Shown: one piece after another, positions 18,174 to 28,056 of the stretch
Position numbering within the stretch: the stretch's first letter is position 1
How the letters are laid out: each line of letters begins with the position of its first letter
IMG/VR virus record: IMGVR_UViG_3300044622_000297
Length of the DNA: 64,000 bases
DNA from: an uncultured virus (IMG/VR IMGVR_UViG_3300044622_000297)
Lineage: Duplodnaviria; Heunggongvirae; Uroviricota; Caudoviricetes
Strand: one strand, 5' to 3'
Made by a program: the position numbers and the translations under genes
Notes under the pieces: model-generated
Seen by the model: the letters and a program-made list of their open reading frames with translations, nothing else
What the model was told of the DNA's origin: nothing
Databases searched by the model: none

Positions 18174-20659
18174 TATACCCTCGTAACTACTGTGCTATTT
18201 GCGTCAGAAACAATAGTTTGGCTAATAGTTCCTGCGGTCCTTGCTGTCTTAGTAACAGTTAGTGGCTTCGTTGGGTCTAAACCAAGGAGCTCGTACATTT
18301 CGAGTATCATTGTCTCTTGCGTTGAAGACAATGTCTCAATTTGATCAACTGTAGTTTGGATATCAAGTATTGTAGCACCTGCTGTTCCTGGGCCATAGGT
18401 AGATAGGTCAGCAGTCCACGGGTCGCCAGCGTTACCAGCACCGTTCAACTTTGCACCCATTGTTAGAGCAGTATTGTGGTCAGCTGAGGATTCGTCCCAC
18501 ACTGCATCAGCAATGTCTGCAGCAGTAATGATATCAATTGCTGTTATGGCGCAGGAATCAATATGTAGATCGTGGGAGTTGTGATATGTTGTTACGTTAT
18601 GAACAAGACGTATTTTAACTTCGTTATTATTTGACCGATCGACATGCTGTTCATAATAGCTGTGACTAAACTCTGTGTCTAGTGTAGTACTGATCATAAA
18701 ATCTTCATGCAATAGTTCCCACGCTGCAGATTCTACGTTCCATACCCACAACTCTATGTAATGGCTAGTACCCTTTCCGTCGTACCGTCCAAATAACGTA
18801 AATACTCCCGCCCTCTGTGCTGCTGATGCTAAGTTGAAAACAAACTCAACTGTTAAACCAGTGACGTTATCTTCGTCAATCACCCAGTGATTATTATCTC
18901 GGATTGTGGTGTCTGCTATTGTGCCAGAAGTTAGAGTACCGTATATTATAGATCCACTGACGTAAGGTATTGTCGACGTCGCCGTTGCTGCATGTATGTC
19001 GGAATGTGTAGCTAACTCTTCACCGAAGGTTCCTTGTGTTGTGTAGTCAACCAGCTGGGCATACCACACTGCATCGGCAACCTCGGTTGACGTCAATGAT
19101 GAAGATTCCAACAACGTCCTAAAGTTTATAGCTACGACTTGGTTGTTTGATATGTTGCCACCAGTAGATTCGGTAAGAGCCACATTTATCGTTACATATC
19201 CGACGTTGTTAACTGTACTGCCCACAACCCACTTCTGCATGGTTCCTGAATCGTCCTTGTCTTGGATCATTATTTTTGTTCCAGCGACAATCGTGCCTAC
19301 ATGAGCACTAATATCGAGCCCAGTGTTCGTGCTGTGATCTAGGTATATCTGAGTTGCACTTGCCTGAGTTGCATTATTCCAACGAACTCTTCCTGCACCC
19401 GGGTCGGAGTCGGTAGTGATATTGCTAGCTTTATATTCTAGCAGAGTCGATGCACTTACCGAAGTGTCAGTTAATGTTCGTGAAGTCGCACTCCATATTG
19501 CATCTACTGTAACAGCAAAGCCATCTGCATCAACCTCTGTACCTAGCGAATTGTTAACCAATGTGCCAAATCCTGTTACTGTAATTTTACCTGTAGTGCA
19601 TGTTGAATCAACCGTAACAGTTCCACCATTCATATGAATCCACATTTGACCTGACGTGGTAGGGTGGTTTTGGTTGATGATCTTAATTCTACCGTTGAAT
19701 CCATCTAACGTGATGTTCAACCGTGCACCATTACGATCGATGATAGCCGTTGCCTCGTCAGAGTAGCATTCTTTGAAGTAAGAGGCGTGTCCGGAAGACA
19801 CGCTTGAGGTCTGCTTAATCGTGTATCCACGGGAGGTACCATCTAATAAGCCGCATTGTTTGTAGATACAGTGGGCGTTTTCAAGACCGTCAATGATACA
19901 ATCGTGATACTGCGATTCTCCGCCTTGATATCCCGTTATCTTGCAATGTGTCCACTGAGAATTTGTAGTGATACACCCTTGCATTAACGTGACCGTAGTA
20001 CGGAACACGTTTAAAGTAGCGCCATCGCCTTCGAACCTAAGATTAGTGACATCGTCTGTTGCCCCGATAGTAATGTTGCTCTTCAGATAAAACAAATCCA
20101 GACCACGCTGTGCAGCAATGAACTTTGCGTCTACTAATGTCTTAACTGGCTTTTGAAGAGTACCAGTTGGGTATACTGTCCCATCAGTTCCGTTCGCTGT
20201 GTCAATATACACCTTACCGTTGTAAGATGCCTGTTCCAATTCTCGAGTTTGAATAAGACCAGCTGAGTTAGCAGATCTAACAGATACTTGGTTAACAATA
20301 ACTCGGTCAGCGATGTTTGTGTTAGCGCCGACGATGTTAACAGCGTATTGGCCGTCTTCGAACGTTACTGTGTAATCATTGATGAGCTCTATAACCCGTG
20401 CCAGAGTAACACCACCGACCGTTGTAGGTGGATAATTGTTGTGCGTGTTTGGAAACACCATTGCTTCGGGCTCATCTTCAAAGCTTTTTAGAGCAAGCCT
20501 GAAGGTGTTTGCGTCGAGTTCACGGACTTCGACCGGAGATGTCTGAATTAAAGTCATCTCAGTTCTCGGAATGATGATATTCCGATTTGGCCAATCCATA
20601 GTTATGCCAACCTGTACGTACTTGGTGTTAGCATACCCCGATGCGAAATAATTAGCCAT
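18173..20659 (-). CDS. putative virion structural protein
   Basis: GTVYPTGTLQKPVKTL beta-helix-type cap; IADAVW repeats; T/S-rich. Confidence 0.55.
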   Translation of the reverse strand: MANYFASGYANTKYVQVGITMDWPNRNIIIPRTEMTLIQTSPVEVRELDANTFRLALKSFEDEPEAMVFPNTHNNYPPTTVGGVTLARVIELINDYTVTFEDGQYAVNIVGANTNIADRVIVNQVSVRSANSAGLIQTRELEQASYNGKVYIDTANGTDGTVYPTGTLQKPVKTLVDAKFIAAQRGLDLFYLKSNITIGATDDVTNLRFEGDGATLNVFRTTVTLMQGCITTNSQWTHCKITGYQGGESQYHDCIIDGLENAHCIYKQCGLLDGTSRGYTIKQTSSVSSGHASYFKECYSDEATAIIDRNGARLNITLDGFNGRIKIINQNHPTTSGQMWIHMNGGTVTVDSTCTTGKITVTGFGTLVNNSLGTEVDADGFAVTVDAIWSATSRTLTDTSVSASTLLEYKASNITTDSDPGAGRVRWNNATQASATQIYLDHSTNTGLDISAHVGTIVAGTKIMIQDKDDSGTMQKWVVGSTVNNVGYVTINVALTESTGGNISNNQVVAINFRTLLESSSLTSTEVADAVWYAQLVDYTTQGTFGEELATHSDIHAATATSTIPYVSGSIIYGTLTSGTIADTTIRDNNHWVIDEDNVTGLTVEFVFNLASAAQRAGVFTLFGRYDGKGTSHYIELWVWNVESAAWELLHEDFMISTTLDTEFSHSYYEQHVDRSNNNEVKIRLVHNVTTYHNSHDLHIDSCAITAIDIITAADIADAVWDESSADHNTALTMGAKLNGAGNAGDPWTADLSTYGPGTAGATILDIQTTVDQIETLSSTQETMILEMYELLGLDPTKPLTVTKTARTAGTISQTIVSDANSTVVTRV

Positions 20660-20665
20660 TAACGG

Positions 20666-21367
20666 TTAGGCCCAGAAGCTAGGTGCGCGGTTCTTAGTAG
20701 GAGCTCCGGTACTCTGGTAGTGTATGTCGACCATGTGAATAAACGGGTCAGGTACTAGCCCGCCACTAACTGTTATGTCGTTAGAGTCAAGGAATAAACG
20801 ACACTGAATCAAACCATCAACCTCTAAGTCTGTTGTATTAAGAAGAACACCTGATCCACCCGGAGTAGAAGCTAGTCCTTCAGCGATCATATGCTGGTAT
20901 TGGGTAGTGCTTGCGTTTTGAGAAACAGACACTGTAATAGGTGCTGGGAAAGCAGCCTGGTCGTGTCCTCTAGCATACATTAACTCAAACCCCCACGTTG
21001 TTGATCCACCGGTTACCAATGTACCTGTGTGTGACCAGTGAACGTGTATGTATAAATTTGTTCCCATAGCGTAATCATGCGGCATATGGAAATCAACGCG
21101 CGCGCATTCCCCTTCGACAACTTGAACCGCGTGTATTCCGCCACGATATACTTGCCGGCTTCCTTCACCAGCCAGTCCGTAGATTTGAAGAGCACCTGTT
21201 AAATCGTGCCACCCAAATGTTTCTGATCCATTTGGCCCAATTTTAAGCCCCTTACCCTGGGTCTTTGGAACCATTAGGTTAACACCATCACGGAGGTCCG
21301 TGAAGTTCGTGTCCATTTCAGCGTGGGTTAGTTCTGATCCCTTAACATTTCGTAGTGTGATAGTCAT
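20666..21367 (-). CDS. putative tail fibre/spike protein
   Basis: N-terminal ITLRNVKGSELTHAEMDTNF fibre-like motif; late promoter at 21392-21398. Confidence 0.55.
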   Translation of the reverse strand: MTITLRNVKGSELTHAEMDTNFTDLRDGVNLMVPKTQGKGLKIGPNGSETFGWHDLTGALQIYGLAGEGSRQVYRGGIHAVQVVEGECARVDFHMPHDYAMGTNLYIHVHWSHTGTLVTGGSTTWGFELMYARGHDQAAFPAPITVSVSQNASTTQYQHMIAEGLASTPGGSGVLLNTTDLEVDGLIQCRLFLDSNDITVSGGLVPDPFIHMVDIHYQSTGAPTKNRAPSFWA

Positions 21368-21419
21368 ACGTATTCCTATGAGTGTAGCTAGTATTTATCA
21401 TAGGAAAAATTACTACGAA

Positions 21420-21647
21420 CTATTGTGTAGGGCCATGTCCCATACTCATCACCTTCATAACCATTACAGTCTGTTTAAGCGCAGCTAATTCGGCAGCTAA
21501 CATAGCGACCTGACCTTGTAATCCGTGAATCTTATCCACGTTTACTTGCTGTTCAGCTTGGATCACTTTCAATTGTCCTACTAACGCAGCGACATTCTTC
21601 GTGTTTACGTGTAGCTGTGTTAGCTTATCGTTTTCCATTTCGCTCAT
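21420..21647 (-). CDS. small coiled-coil protein
   Basis: heptad pattern. Confidence 0.55.
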   Translation of the reverse strand: MSEMENDKLTQLHVNTKNVAALVGQLKVIQAEQQVNVDKIHGLQGQVAMLAAELAALKQTVMVMKVMSMGHGPTQ

Positions 21648-21650
21648 AGT

Positions 21651-23471
21651 TTATTCATCCGGAATTAGTTGTACAGTTGTTGAGAATCCGAGAGTAGAGC
21701 TAACAGATCCTGATATGTTTGAAGTCTTGTAATACGGTGATCCTGAACTTTTTCTTGCCCATCCAGTGACTGGTTGTGCTGACGCAAATACTCGAGACAT
21801 AGTAATGTCCCCGGTTACATTAGTCAGACCACTTAATACCACAAAGGTAGATTTTATCGTTCCTGTTGGATTAGAACCAGGGGCGGACGGCAACGTGTAA
21901 GTGTATGTGTTTGTTCCTGTGTTAGTAATCGAGAACACTCCGTTATTTTGATAATGACTTGCTCCTTTAATCAATACCTTATCGTTTGTTGCTAGTCCGT
22001 GCGAGGTATGTGTAACAGTTGCAGTAGTGCCTGAGTTTGTTATCGTTACTGTTACGTTATACGGGAATGGTCCTCCGGTGTCAGCAGCAAGCAGAACATT
22101 AGCATTCTCGATTGCTGTGCCGGCTATGGTGGTTACTTTAACGGAAGCTGAAACTAATCCAGCAATAACAGTCACAGTCGCCCCGGCGGTTCGTACGCTT
22201 GGAACAGTACCACCTGTAATGGTCAAATTCATGGACCCGGTCGCAATATTTACATACACAGCCTCATTACCCGTGCTACCGTTTCCAGCAGCATATCCTG
22301 ACCAGGTGTTATTAGTCAGGGTCATGTCGGCAGCGGTACCTGTGATCTCTAACCCATGTCCCGTGCCACCACTGGTGAATGTTGACCCTGTGACCAAAGC
22401 TGCTCCAGCTGGTGATGCAGCTATGACAGCAGATGCAGCAGAATTAGCATTGATGACACAGTTGGTTAGAGTTGCTCCTTGCAGGGTTATAGCCCCGGTT
22501 TGTCTCCAGGTGCACCCCGTGGCTGTTACGTTGGCGTTGAGAGTGGATATACCAATCTTAGAGAATGAGCACGATGTTAAGTTTCCGTCTGTGCTGCTAT
22601 TGTTGAACACTAGTCTACCTGGATTGTTTGTTCCGATAGCTTCGACAGTAACGTTAGTCCAGTTTACCACGGTCGATGCATGATCAGCTATTAACTGAGT
22701 AAAGTCAGTCAGGGAATGTGGGGTATCTACTAGAAGGATTATTTTATTAGAGTCATCGAAGTGACACTGTGTGGCCGTCCCTGCATTATTCTGCCCCATC
22801 ACAAATCTACCCTGTAATTCATATACAGGTCCACCCAGTGCCGTAAATATACCCCACCGAGCCGAAATAGCATCGTTTGCTGAAGCCGCTCCAGCGAATG
22901 TTGCTGGGGATGCAATCTCCCCTGCGGTTATATACATTCCTGTACCGTGTCTTATTGCATCTACGCCAAGGTTTACTGATTTAACAGTACCAGTAATGTT
23001 TGCTGTGGCACCAAAGTATTGAGGATTTGCGCCAGGCGAACCTGTCAGGGTCCGATACGGTGCCGAAGCGTTTGAAGTTGTTACGTACCGAATCGGATAA
23101 CATTTACCTACTCGCCCAGTGGCGCCGTAGGTCTCAGATCCTTCTACGTGGAACTTGTTGTATGCGGTTGTTGATGTGCCTAATACTATTCCTAGGCCAC
23201 GGTTAGCTAGTGTATTCGTTAATCCAGGTGTAGCTAAGAACACCCATACGAAAAAGTGTGTGTTAGTACCTGGAGTAATGGTTGAACCAAAGTTGTAAAC
23301 TTGCCCCTTTTCCGCATCAGATACTTGTTTATCAACGCAGTTGGTTCCTTGCATACGGAAGTCATTACCAATGCCCAGACCAGATGTGCCACCACCCAGT
23401 GCCGACCAACCAGTAACACTCTCAGCCAGAGTTATATCTGTCAAGTCTTCCGTGTATGATGGTACTGCCAT
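21651..23471 (-). CDS. putative virion structural protein (beta-rich)
   Basis: T/G/S-rich, beta-helix-like repeats. Confidence 0.6.
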   Translation of the reverse strand: MAVPSYTEDLTDITLAESVTGWSALGGGTSGLGIGNDFRMQGTNCVDKQVSDAEKGQVYNFGSTITPGTNTHFFVWVFLATPGLTNTLANRGLGIVLGTSTTAYNKFHVEGSETYGATGRVGKCYPIRYVTTSNASAPYRTLTGSPGANPQYFGATANITGTVKSVNLGVDAIRHGTGMYITAGEIASPATFAGAASANDAISARWGIFTALGGPVYELQGRFVMGQNNAGTATQCHFDDSNKIILLVDTPHSLTDFTQLIADHASTVVNWTNVTVEAIGTNNPGRLVFNNSSTDGNLTSCSFSKIGISTLNANVTATGCTWRQTGAITLQGATLTNCVINANSAASAVIAASPAGAALVTGSTFTSGGTGHGLEITGTAADMTLTNNTWSGYAAGNGSTGNEAVYVNIATGSMNLTITGGTVPSVRTAGATVTVIAGLVSASVKVTTIAGTAIENANVLLAADTGGPFPYNVTVTITNSGTTATVTHTSHGLATNDKVLIKGASHYQNNGVFSITNTGTNTYTYTLPSAPGSNPTGTIKSTFVVLSGLTNVTGDITMSRVFASAQPVTGWARKSSGSPYYKTSNISGSVSSTLGFSTTVQLIPDE

Positions 23472-23474
23472 TTA

Positions 23475-23813
23475 TTACGTCACCTTTGTGCTCAGACCCT
23501 GGTCCTTCGTAATGAGGGCTGCGATAGCAGTTTCAATGCTCTTAAACGCCATAATCAACGTTGGGTCTCCGGCTGCGTATTCTTTCATTGCCATAGTTAA
23601 AAAGTCGTCTATCTCAATCTCTATTTCTTCAGGACGATAATGTCGCTTGTTGTCTGCGTCTACACCGAATAAACGATAAACGATCATAATATGATAGTTT
23701 GGCGACAGTAAGTGATTTTCCTGAAGAGGCTGAGTAATATTTAGCCTGACTAAATGTACTTTCTTATATTCAAGTACCGGAACAGCCGCTGCGTTAGTAA
23801 CTTCAATTCCCAC
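23475..23813 (-). CDS. hypothetical protein
   Basis: AGGAG RBS, GTG start. Confidence 0.6.
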   Translation of the reverse strand: MGIEVTNAAAVPVLEYKKVHLVRLNITQPLQENHLLSPNYHIMIVYRLFGVDADNKRHYRPEEIEIEIDDFLTMAMKEYAAGDPTLIMAFKSIETAIAALITKDQGLSTKVT

Positions 23814-23828
23814 GTAGGTTCTCCTAAA

Positions 23829-23856
23829 ATAAGGGAGAGGAAATCCTCTCCCTTAT
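23829..23856 (-). terminator. intrinsic terminator
   Basis: ATAAGGGAGAGG-ATTT-CCTCTCCCTTAT followed by TTT. Confidence 0.75.
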
Positions 23857-23863
23857 AGTCGTA

Positions 23864-26287
23864 TTACGCATCTGGCGTTCTAATAGCAGCAGACGAACCT
23901 GGGAACGACGCTGGTGATTCGAACGTCTTGATAGCGTCAGTGTAGCTGTTTCCTGACGTACCACCGAATCTAACGCGAGCGTACAATGCTCTTGGTGTCG
24001 AATAAACTGCGGAGTACGTAGCTGAGACTGATTCGCCTTCTACAAGAACTCCGTTACCTGCCGATGCGTTGTTAACGTTAAACGCGGTAGACGTAATAGT
24101 AAATCGCGTTTTACCGGCCGTCGGTGTACCTGCTGTAACAGCAGAGTACGCTACACGGATCCAGACACCTAGATCATTTTCAATCTGTAGGAATCCAGTT
24201 GTCGGAGTAGCGAACGCTGTAGTAATATCTACGGCAGTAGTTGTAGCACTTGTCAATGACGAATTCAACACGTACGGCTGAGTTACAGTACCGACTAGTT
24301 CATCAAGATAAGCGATAAACAAATTATTACCGGCAGTAGCATTCACTGTTCCAAAGTCTTCGTTGCCGTCAGTGGTATCGACAGTAAACGTTGTCTTACC
24401 TGCAGGAGAATTTAATGCTCTTGCGGTATAGTGAAGTCTTCTGTAGTTACCTAAGTTATCAGCAACTCGAATATAACCAGAACTTGGAGTATCGCCTGCG
24501 GCAATAGCATTGGCTACCACTGATACGACGTTGTTGGTTGATAAAGTCACATCTAATGCGAACTGGTTCAGCTGAATTGTGTTGCTCGATTCTGGACCAA
24601 CGATAACATAGTCGAGACCAGCAGCAAGACCAGTTACAGAGAATGTTCTGTTGTCTGGTGGAGTAATCTGGGTGTTAGTTAAGTCGAACACCTTGTCAGT
24701 AGCCGCTAAGTCTGTAGCTTCAAGTCCGAGACCGTAAGCACCAATAAGAGCTGAGCCAGTTGATACACCACAGAACGGGAAGGATAACGCACGTTCAGTT
24801 ACAGTTACGTTAACAGCACAAGTAGCACCAGAAGTTCCGCCGGTTATTGTCTGCCCATCCGTTGGAGCAACACCAGTTAATAACTGGATCCATATCTTAG
24901 TTGCTGCGTTAACATCATTGACAGCAAGCATCTGACCAGTACCGCCGGACCAGCTAACTGCTTCGAACGGGCTAAAGTCTGTTACGCTTGGAGTATCTAC
25001 GTTGATTTCATGAGTGATACCACGGAACAGTTCACCGTTTAGTCCGTACAATGTTTCGCTTGTTCCTTGTCTCGACACCCACTTCATTCTTTCATAGAAT
25101 TGGTTAATGGTGTAGGTAGACTTATCCCACTTCGAGTAGTAGTATTCATCTGTTAGGTTATTATCAACGTCGATAGCATTGTACCCTTCGACAGTATTTG
25201 TGATACCAGTGTAGCCCGCAATAGTAGCTATCGCAGTAGCATTGTTCAAGTCATTAGCATACGATAGAGCCATAACGTTGTTACCACGCGATGTTCCGTT
25301 AATTTTGAACTCTGAATATGTTTTGCCCCAAACGCGAGTCTGTCCAAGCAAACGTCGTCCGTCTATGTCCGTTGTTGTTCTAACTTTTTGCATGAAACGG
25401 TGTGAGATACCGTTTCCAGAATCTGGGTTTATCCCCTTGTAGCGGTTATAGTAAATCGGTTCACTGCCTGCTGTTGCACTAGCAAGTACAGGAGTAACTG
25501 TTAAAGCGTTTGTAGCAATTGAGACGACCGTGTAATTCGTAGTGTGACTTGCAGTAGTAATACGAAGTTGGCCGCCAACGTGGAATAGTGTTCCGTTTGA
25601 TACGTTAAGGACAGCTTGCGACGCAGCATTAACACCGCTAACTGTTGCTGCGCTAAGTGTCTTTGGATATTCATTCCAGAAGTCAGAAGCAATAACTGCT
25701 GCATTCTGAACAATTTGTAAGTCCATGCCTGCACCAGCAATGACGACCAATCCGTCCCAGATATCTGTACCGCCACCCTGGATGATTGATCCGTCATACA
25801 AATGCTCGGACGCTGTCTGATCAATGTTAAAGCTGTTGATAAGCGTAACGATGTTATCAGTTGATCGTTCTGATGGAGTTCTGTCAGTGATGTCTAGATA
25901 ATCGTTAGAGCTTGCTGAACTCAGTGCTGCAGACGCGTTGTCTGCTAAGTCAGATAGCCAACGGTGAAAAGAAATGACAGTGTGATATCCAGACGCTTGT
26001 CCTGTTACGGCTGTTGCAGCCGCAACAGTCTGTGAGTTGTTTACCGTGTAAGTACCCGCTCCGCCGTCACCTGTACCGATAGCAGTAATCTTTGTTCCTG
26101 CTGTTATACCGGTTCCAGTAATCATCTGGCCAACGCCAAAAGATCCTGAACCAGATCCTGAAATTGTTAGTGTAGTTGTAGCAATTTCGCAAGTCCAGCC
26201 ACCGGACGTAGCACCAACACCGTGGTCGGATCCTACGTATCTGATGTCGCCTGCTGATGTTACGGTGAAGTCGTCTAAAATAGCCAT
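23864..26287 (-). CDS. putative virion structural protein
   Basis: 807 aa T/G/A-rich; tandem ATAAATA upstream (~26317-26330), terminator downstream. Confidence 0.65.
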   Translation of the reverse strand: MAILDDFTVTSAGDIRYVGSDHGVGATSGGWTCEIATTTLTISGSGSGSFGVGQMITGTGITAGTKITAIGTGDGGAGTYTVNNSQTVAAATAVTGQASGYHTVISFHRWLSDLADNASAALSSASSNDYLDITDRTPSERSTDNIVTLINSFNIDQTASEHLYDGSIIQGGGTDIWDGLVVIAGAGMDLQIVQNAAVIASDFWNEYPKTLSAATVSGVNAASQAVLNVSNGTLFHVGGQLRITTASHTTNYTVVSIATNALTVTPVLASATAGSEPIYYNRYKGINPDSGNGISHRFMQKVRTTTDIDGRRLLGQTRVWGKTYSEFKINGTSRGNNVMALSYANDLNNATAIATIAGYTGITNTVEGYNAIDVDNNLTDEYYYSKWDKSTYTINQFYERMKWVSRQGTSETLYGLNGELFRGITHEINVDTPSVTDFSPFEAVSWSGGTGQMLAVNDVNAATKIWIQLLTGVAPTDGQTITGGTSGATCAVNVTVTERALSFPFCGVSTGSALIGAYGLGLEATDLAATDKVFDLTNTQITPPDNRTFSVTGLAAGLDYVIVGPESSNTIQLNQFALDVTLSTNNVVSVVANAIAAGDTPSSGYIRVADNLGNYRRLHYTARALNSPAGKTTFTVDTTDGNEDFGTVNATAGNNLFIAYLDELVGTVTQPYVLNSSLTSATTTAVDITTAFATPTTGFLQIENDLGVWIRVAYSAVTAGTPTAGKTRFTITSTAFNVNNASAGNGVLVEGESVSATYSAVYSTPRALYARVRFGGTSGNSYTDAIKTFESPASFPGSSAAIRTPDA

Positions 26288-26367
26288 CTAAATCTCCTTG
26301 TTTGAGCTCTTACTCTATTTATCTATTTATTGAATATTGTCGTCTAATACTAAGTAAACTGGCATGC

Positions 26368-28056
26368 TCACGGGCTAACCTTCTTTTTGTTTTTCTTGTT
26401 CCATGCTTGTCGTGCCATTTGATCGCGATGCGGAGAGTTAGGGGTAATACCAGTTAGCTTTTCGTAATAGGCAGAAATTTTAGCCCATTCGTCGTCGTTT
26501 GCTTTGGCTTGTTCTTTTGGCGGGCCCTTGACTTCATACATTTCCTTGCCGTCTTTTTTAACAGTCTTTGGATCTTTTGGTGCCTCTTTATCAAGCCCTG
26601 TCTTCTTCTTGTAATCGGACATTTGCTTTGCTTTTACTGCTTTTTCGTTCCACGGAGTATCAGCAAACGGGTCTTTGCCTTTGCTTTCGCCTACTTGTGT
26701 TGCATCAGCCGCTTTCTTTTCTGCCCGTTTCTTTTGACGCCACTTATCGTTAGCAATCATTTTCTTTAATTTACGGGCATCTTCTTCTCTTTCTTTCTTA
26801 GCCTGAGCAGCAAGTCTTTCTTTCTTTGTTGGGAGAGCCATAAACTTATCGTATGCGTTTTGTATAAATCCTTCGTTAGCGAAGTCACGCGGGTTACCTG
26901 TTGCAGCAGCATCTTTGAATGGTTTCTCTACTTTTTTAGTCTTACGTTGCCATACGCTATAATCTTTTCCTGATTGCTCGCCTGCTTGTTTTAGTTCCCA
27001 TCCAAGTCCCTTAGGACGTTGACCGTTCGGTGCTTTGGTTTGCTCAGCAGCACCTTTGCCGCCTTCTTTACGCCACTTAGCTAGTTCAGACAGGTTATTA
27101 GGATCAACCACCTTAGGTGCTTTTACTTTCTTCTTGTCTGCTGTTGGCTTTTGATTCTTCTTCGGATAGATCTTATCGTCGGAGTATTTCTCGTTGCTTA
27201 CATAGTCTTCGTATGCTTTAGTTAATGCTTCGATCAAGGCATCTTCGGTGTCGTAGTCTTTGCTGTTAAACTGTGGCATTGGCTTGTTCAAGTCGGCAAC
27301 TCGTTGATCTTTTGGTGATAGCTGGTCTTGCTGACCCATCTTAGCTAATTCTCGTGTTGCTGCTAATCGTCTTGCTGCAGGTGATAGACCAGGCACTTGA
27401 AACACGCTTTGTGGTTTATCGTCTGGTGTAGCCATGTCAAGAGCGACATCAGGTGCTTCTTCGAGACCATCTTCAGTTTGAAACTTGGATTCCGACGATG
27501 TTAGTGTGTCGGCATATCGGCGAGCAGCACGGTCATCGCGACCATTGCGTAGGGCTCGTTGGTAATGTTGTTGCCAAACTCCGCGCTGTTCTCGATTCTC
27601 ACGGTCCGGCAATCTAGCTTTAGCAGTAGCTTGGTTCAACTCTGTTGCTGGGCTTTCGCCGATAGCATTTTGTCCGTCGTATACGCCAGTTTTTGTTTGC
27701 CCTTTTGAATTCATAAGCTGATACTTAAAGGTCCCTGGTTCATCGCCTGGGCCAATTCCAGACAGCTTGTAGTCTGGGAAGGTCTGACTAACGTATGAAA
27801 AAAGCTGATTATAAGCTTCGTCGCTCATAAACTCACCGTCAGAAAGATCATCGTTTTCCGACTCACCAACTAGCTTATCCTTAAACGGATGTTCGCCCTC
27901 GGCACTCTCGCGCTTGTAAGGCTTGCCAAGGAATTTACCGGAACCCTTAGGAGCTTTAACTCCCTGGTCTACTTGGTCGCCAGGCTTTTGTTCTGGCTCT
28001 CCTGCGAAGTCTATTGCTTCGATCAGTTTCTTCATGTTGTCTTTATGGTTGTTCAT
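26368..28056 (-). CDS. putative internal head protein (K/E-rich, multi-module)
   Basis: MKKLIE, LVGE, AIGE, GLEE, FANE, QVGE sites; start by ATGA coupling. Confidence 0.6.
   Translation of the reverse strand: MNNHKDNMKKLIEAIDFAGEPEQKPGDQVDQGVKAPKGSGKFLGKPYKRESAEGEHPFKDKLVGESENDDLSDGEFMSDEAYNQLFSYVSQTFPDYKLSGIGPGDEPGTFKYQLMNSKGQTKTGVYDGQNAIGESPATELNQATAKARLPDRENREQRGVWQQHYQRALRNGRDDRAARRYADTLTSSESKFQTEDGLEEAPDVALDMATPDDKPQSVFQVPGLSPAARRLAATRELAKMGQQDQLSPKDQRVADLNKPMPQFNSKDYDTEDALIEALTKAYEDYVSNEKYSDDKIYPKKNQKPTADKKKVKAPKVVDPNNLSELAKWRKEGGKGAAEQTKAPNGQRPKGLGWELKQAGEQSGKDYSVWQRKTKKVEKPFKDAAATGNPRDFANEGFIQNAYDKFMALPTKKERLAAQAKKEREEDARKLKKMIANDKWRQKKRAEKKAADATQVGESKGKDPFADTPWNEKAVKAKQMSDYKKKTGLDKEAPKDPKTVKKDGKEMYEVKGPPKEQAKANDDEWAKISAYYEKLTGITPNSPHRDQMARQAWNKKNKKKVSP

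Noticed and set aside
22027..22683. Long + strand ORFs opposite real genes (e.g. 22027-22683, 37685-38353, 61143-61607, 48606-49088)
   Set aside because: Antisense shadows with no RBS or recognisable motifs.
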